Assembly (NCBI GenBank): GCA_965197905.1
Contig: CBDAOB010000005.1
Location: 1,696,001-1,760,000 of the forward strand
Direction of reading: 5' to 3'
Length of the DNA: 64,000 nt
DNA from: Candidatus Latescibacterota bacterium
GTDB taxonomy: Bacteria; Latescibacterota; UBA2968; UBA8231
Numbering within the stretch: the first letter of the stretch is position 1; the number at the start of each line of letters is the position of its first letter. A model generated the notes under the pieces. The model worked only from the letters and a program-made list of their open reading frames with translations. It was not told where the DNA came from and made no database searches. This document shows positions 59,708-64,000 of this stretch, piece after piece. A program made the translations under genes and the position numbers.

Positions 59708-62233
59708 CTATCGCAGAATGGCGAAATGCCCGGTCTGCTGGCCTCCGGGGTATTCGGCGACGAAGATGTAGAGGCCGCTTGTCACCTCGATGCCGTCCTT
59801 GGAAAACATGTCCCAATACAAGGTACCATTAGCTACGTTAGTACTTTCGAACTCAAGCACGTCCACCACCTGGCCGGAGACGTCGAGGATCGTTATTTGG
59901 GTGCCGGTGGTCAGGTTGACGAACTGAATCTTGTGTTCCGTGCGCACGTCGTGCAACGCCTGCTGCTTGTACGGATTTGGCAACACTTGAATCTTGACCT
60001 GACCCGACCTCAGGGCTTTTGGATCGGACAACTCTGAATTTATGAGCAGCGGGGCTCCGATATCCTTGAGCCTTTGGCCGTCGAACGGATTCGGGTAAAA
60101 GGGATTCCCCGTCGTCCACCAGTAGGTCCCCTCCCACAACCCGGTGCGACCATTCCAGTTGTGTCTGTGGGTTTCCAGGGAGTTGAAGGCTCGATCGGCG
60201 ACCTCTCCGCGCTCACTATCGAAGGCAGCAACGTAGTAGTAATAGGTGAATCCGAAGTTTATCAGGGCGCTGTCGTCGACAAATTTGTAACGGTAACGGT
60301 CGACATCGTCCTCGTCGTTGATGTAGGTGCTCAGTTCGCTGGCAGGAATAAGTTTGACCAGACTGTACGGTCCCCACGCCTCCGCCGTCTGCTCCTGATA
60401 GGCATCGGAGCTGATGTTCGGGTTGTTCGGCACTCCGAACGCGGCCAGCTCCTCGTCCGCGGGATCTTCTTCGGTCTGCTGATGGTACCGATCTACTAAC
60501 CGAACGCCTAGTTTCCGCGAAGCGAATGTGAAGGCGCTGGAGGGGGACGACCGATAGATCTTATACCCAGCGAAGTCCGCCGCCTGCTCCGCGCGATCAT
60601 CCCACTTTATCTTGGCGCGACTGGTGCGATCTGGCGCCACTTCCGGAACCGCGATCATGTCGGGAGTGGGAGGCGGTTCGGGAACCACCCAATCGCGCTC
60701 GTACGCCCATTGTGCGGCCTTGCGCGCCCGGCGCACACCCTGCAAACGAAAACCGCCGTATTCCACCAGCACCAGGTTCATCGTTTCCCCCACACGCAGG
60801 GAGAAGGGCCCGACCCCAACGTAGGTATCCCCGTTGAATCCATGGTCGATGGCGTAACCCTCATCCCAATCGCAGTCGGATCCGTCTGCTTCTGCGCAGG
60901 CGTTGCCTTTCTCCCAGTTCTGGGTAAAGGTGCCGCGGTACTTCATGTCGCCATCGGGTCGGCTACGTTCCGCGGTCGGCCGCACCGCGCTTACGAACGA
61001 CAGAGGATTGCCGGCTTCGACCTCGGCATGATCAGGATCGAACCAATTCGCGTCCGGAGAAAGATCCAGAGCCGCCCGGTCCCAGATCTCGGACCCTGCA
61101 TTTTCGTAGAAGACACCCATCGAAAGGGCGTGATCCTCCCAGGGGAAGTGATCATTGTTTCCGTACCCTTTGGTGGCGGAAGTAAACCATCCCCTCTGCG
61201 CGCCTGCGCCAACCGGGTGACTGCTGTAGATCGTTTCCTTGTCCGCCTGTCCGGAGCTGCTGCCGGCAACCGGAAGCCCTCCCTCTTTGGCGGCGATCCA
61301 CTGCGACCCGGTATATATGTCGTAATAATAGCGGCGACCGCGATTCATGGTGTTCCCGAGGAAACGCGCGCCGTCCGGAGCCCAGGGCACCCCGTCCGGA
61401 CCGGAGCCGGCCTCGAGGTTTCCCGGACTGGGTCCGGAAAATACCAACGGCACATCCCATGGAATACCATCCAGATCTGGCGTCCCGTCATATCCCGATG
61501 TGGGCCCTGTAAACCAGCCGGATGTACCACGATCGCCCAGAATATCGTTCGCAATGCTGTTGATCGGTTCGTTGCGGACACCGAATACCAGCGCCTTTAT
61601 CTCGTTGTCGGTGCGCTCGGGCTGACCATCTCCATCTACATCGAGAACACCCGTATTGGTCAGCTCCAGCTCCAACGCGATGAAGTCGTTCATGTTGGCG
61701 TGATTGAGGGTCCACTGGCGGATCCTGTACTTGACGTCGATGCCCAGGTTGGTCGGCATGCGCCCTTCGTAGATCAGCTGATGCCGCTTATCGGAATCGA
61801 CCCAGTGGGTGGCTGGATCGGCCTTCGCCTCGCCGGTAACCGTGGGTCGATGAAACCCGTAGGCGTAATGTCCCGCGCTGGGACTGCTGGAGGTAGTGAA
61901 ATGGTTGAAGTTCGGATCGGGATCGTACTCCACCATCACGATTTCCTGCTTCCAGGGTATGTGCAGATTCTCTCCGCCTGGGTACATCTGCGTCGGCGTC
62001 GTCCACTCGCGATCGAGGTTACCGACCCTGAACAGGTGATACAGAGCGTTCGGGTCGTCGACGTTTTCGTAATAGGTCTTGCCGACGTTGCTTGGCAGAA
62101 AGGTTTCCCACAGATCGCCGGCCGCGAAGACCCCCCCTGGCTCAGCCGGCTGAGCCGAGGCGATGCCCCAGGTGAGCAGGAAAAGCACGGCCGTGCGCGC
62201 GAAGAGCGAGGTGGTCAGATTTGCATTCACCAC
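59708..62233 (-). CDS. Large secreted protein with Fn3-like region and Por-type C-terminal domain
   Basis: Signal peptide; PPPTP..DFAGYKIYRS..YYYYVAAFD; VLPNPY..IQFVNL..WDMFSKDG..SGLYIF..GHFAILR. Confidence 0.8.
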   Translation of the reverse strand: MVNANLTTSLFARTAVLFLLTWGIASAQPAEPGGVFAAGDLWETFLPSNVGKTYYENVDDPNALYHLFRVGNLDREWTTPTQMYPGGENLHIPWKQEIVMVEYDPDPNFNHFTTSSSPSAGHYAYGFHRPTVTGEAKADPATHWVDSDKRHQLIYEGRMPTNLGIDVKYRIRQWTLNHANMNDFIALELELTNTGVLDVDGDGQPERTDNEIKALVFGVRNEPINSIANDILGDRGTSGWFTGPTSGYDGTPDLDGIPWDVPLVFSGPSPGNLEAGSGPDGVPWAPDGARFLGNTMNRGRRYYYDIYTGSQWIAAKEGGLPVAGSSSGQADKETIYSSHPVGAGAQRGWFTSATKGYGNNDHFPWEDHALSMGVFYENAGSEIWDRAALDLSPDANWFDPDHAEVEAGNPLSFVSAVRPTAERSRPDGDMKYRGTFTQNWEKGNACAEADGSDCDWDEGYAIDHGFNGDTYVGVGPFSLRVGETMNLVLVEYGGFRLQGVRRARKAAQWAYERDWVVPEPPPTPDMIAVPEVAPDRTSRAKIKWDDRAEQAADFAGYKIYRSSPSSAFTFASRKLGVRLVDRYHQQTEEDPADEELAAFGVPNNPNISSDAYQEQTAEAWGPYSLVKLIPASELSTYINDEDDVDRYRYKFVDDSALINFGFTYYYYVAAFDSERGEVADRAFNSLETHRHNWNGRTGLWEGTYWWTTGNPFYPNPFDGQRLKDIGAPLLINSELSDPKALRSGQVKIQVLPNPYKQQALHDVRTEHKIQFVNLTTGTQITILDVSGQVVDVLEFESTNVANGTLYWDMFSKDGIEVTSGLYIFVAEYPGGQQTGHFAILR

Positions 62234-62238
62234 GACAC

Positions 62239-64000
62239 CTAATAGTCGACGCTGAATCCGAGACTCCACTGGCGGGGATCGCCGTAGATCGGCTGTCCCG
62301 AGTCTCCAGCGTACGCTCGGTTCAGATCACCCGTCGGGTCCTGTTTATCTTCCCACAACACCTGGCTCTGAATGTTGTACCGGTCGTAGGCGATGACATT
62401 CTTCCTGTCGAAGAGGTTGCGTACCTCAACGAAGCCGGATAACGCGTACTGTCCGACCTTGAATCGCCGGCTGGCGCGAACCTCCGTTCTCAGGTTCCAG
62501 GGAGCCCGATCGCTCTCCCGGTTTCTCGGGTCGGTGCCGGTCGCCTCGAGCCGATAGAAAAATCCACTCTCCGCGGTCGAGATCAGTGCCAGGTCGGTGG
62601 ACCAGGCCAGCTTCGCCTTCAAGGTCACCGACAGTTGATGGGCTCGATCGTACCCACCGCCGAGATTGTCCGCGGATCCTCCTCCACCCGTAACGTTCTG
62701 CTCGTAGCTGTTGAAGGTATCGCGGTCATCAAACGGAATATTCGCATCGCCGTCCGCGACGGAAGAATACGAGGTCTTGTCAGGAAATGGTGAGGCGGCT
62801 TCGTCGCGAAAGGAGGTCTTGATGTAGCTGAAGGCGTAATTTACCCGGCCCGATACCGGACCCGACGGACGCCTTAGGGATAACTCGAATCCCCTGCTGT
62901 CGGCGTACCCGAAGCTGGTCACCAGATCGTAGCGCCCGAAGCCAGTCCCTGCCGCCGGACGGATCACGTAACCTATCTCACCGTAGTTCTCGATGTCGCG
63001 ATAATAGGTTGTGGCGTCCAGCAGATAATCTCTGCTGAAGCTGTACTGGACACCCATTTCGTATGCCGTCGATTTAGGTGGCACCCGTTCCACGTCGCTG
63101 ACCCTGGGCAACGATGGGTTGGTAAAGAAACCGTACCCCTCGTAGAGCTGGGAGAACGGTGGCGGCGAATAGAACCTGCCCCACGAGTAATAGATAGCGG
63201 CATTCTCGGAGATCGGATGGGATATCCCCAGTCGCGGTTGCCAGAACCAGCGAGTGTCGACCTTTTTGGTGCGCACCTGCCGGCGGACGATCTGGCCGTT
63301 CTCCAGGGTCTCTTGCCGGGCGGGGCGGAAGAAATCGTTGAACTGTCGGGCATCGACGTCGAGGCCATCCAACCTGATCCCGGCGTTGACGATCGCCCCC
63401 TTGTACTCGATGCGGTCTTGAAGATAGGCCGCGAACTCTCGCGGATTCCGCTCGTAGTCGGTCTGCGCGTAAGGAAAATCGGGATCGTAGGTAATGCGCA
63501 CGGTAGTAAGCTGCTGAAACTGAGAAACCAGATGCTGACGCAGCAGGATACCCGTTTTCAATTGATGATTGAAGTTGACCTGACGAGTCAGATCCGCCTT
63601 CAATTGGGTAACATTTCGCTCCAGTTCCTCGTAGTAGAAACCAGGCTGCGCATAGCGGTACTGGTTCGATCCGATCGAGGAAACGAACGACTGATCGTTC
63701 CCTGGGTTGGGCGAGAAAAAGGACAACGTGCCGTCGGATAGAACACCCGACCCTCCGACTCCCAGATATTTTTCTGCCTGTTCCGCAGATCTGATGATGA
63801 GGAAATCCCCGTCTTCGTTACGGCTGGAGCGACCGTCACCGTCATCGTCGGAGAAACCGAATTCGCTGTTTCGCTGTAGGCTGGAAATCTTCACGTTGTA
63901 GAAGGATTCCGGTGCCGTGAAATGGGTCCAACTCAGGTACCCGAACAGCCCCAGCTTCTTGTGACCGATGGCCCCTTCCGGGAAGAATTTGTATTTCCCG
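62239..64000 (-). CDS. TonB-dependent receptor (5' part outside window)
   Basis: AAYLQDRIEY..NAGIRLD, QPRLGISHPI, YEMGVQ, NLFDRKN, PRQWSLGFSVDY. Confidence 0.88.
   Translation of the reverse strand, partial: GKYKFFPEGAIGHKKLGLFGYLSWTHFTAPESFYNVKISSLQRNSEFGFSDDDGDGRSSRNEDGDFLIIRSAEQAEKYLGVGGSGVLSDGTLSFFSPNPGNDQSFVSSIGSNQYRYAQPGFYYEELERNVTQLKADLTRQVNFNHQLKTGILLRQHLVSQFQQLTTVRITYDPDFPYAQTDYERNPREFAAYLQDRIEYKGAIVNAGIRLDGLDVDARQFNDFFRPARQETLENGQIVRRQVRTKKVDTRWFWQPRLGISHPISENAAIYYSWGRFYSPPPFSQLYEGYGFFTNPSLPRVSDVERVPPKSTAYEMGVQYSFSRDYLLDATTYYRDIENYGEIGYVIRPAAGTGFGRYDLVTSFGYADSRGFELSLRRPSGPVSGRVNYAFSYIKTSFRDEAASPFPDKTSYSSVADGDANIPFDDRDTFNSYEQNVTGGGGSADNLGGGYDRAHQLSVTLKAKLAWSTDLALISTAESGFFYRLEATGTDPRNRESDRAPWNLRTEVRASRRFKVGQYALSGFVEVRNLFDRKNVIAYDRYNIQSQVLWEDKQDPTGDLNRAYAGDSGQPIYGDPRQWSLGFSVDY

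Noticed and set aside
60710..62242. 510-aa plus-strand ORF
   Set aside because: Antisense shadow of the CTD protein gene

Overview
GC-rich bacterial window. The gene content (FlgD/Por-type C-terminal tails, a TonB receptor-PorV locus, three PhyH dioxygenases, a DUF6785-type membrane protein, CRTAC1/TPR/ankyrin proteins) suggests a Latescibacterota-like FCB-group organism, possibly host-associated; this is inference. Five blocks. (1) 1-11.8 kb: a co-oriented cluster in which a radical SAM/SPASM enzyme, a multidomain USP and a Zn-ribbon protein all carry 'PCP_red'-like helical domains, together with an Mrp/NBP35 ATPase, followed by a type A1 heme-copper oxidase operon that contains a hidden 36-aa membrane ORF. 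(2) 11.9-24 kb: housekeeping and secreted genes with two deletion scars. (3) 24.5-37.3 kb: a ~12.8-kb island integrated in tRNA-Lys(UUU). It has a satellite-like core (tyrosine integrase, AlpA/Xis HTH, ColE2-type Rep with an origin-like sequence overlapping its stop codon, Toprim-like and TerS-like genes), an IS1-family element with terminal IRs and a TSD that carries a toxin-antitoxin-SecB chaperone (TAC) module and has a physically scrambled transposase, and eroded defence genes (TIR, HsdM, ABC ATPase, DUF499, DUF1156). (4) 37.8-52.8 kb: PhyH genes, a second double-FlgD secreted paralog, and a CRTAC1/TPR cluster. (5) 53-64 kb: ald, sugar catabolism genes, a Tat-exported class V aminotransferase and a TBDR-CTD protein-PorV locus. 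All family calls come from motif recognition by eye; no database searches were run.
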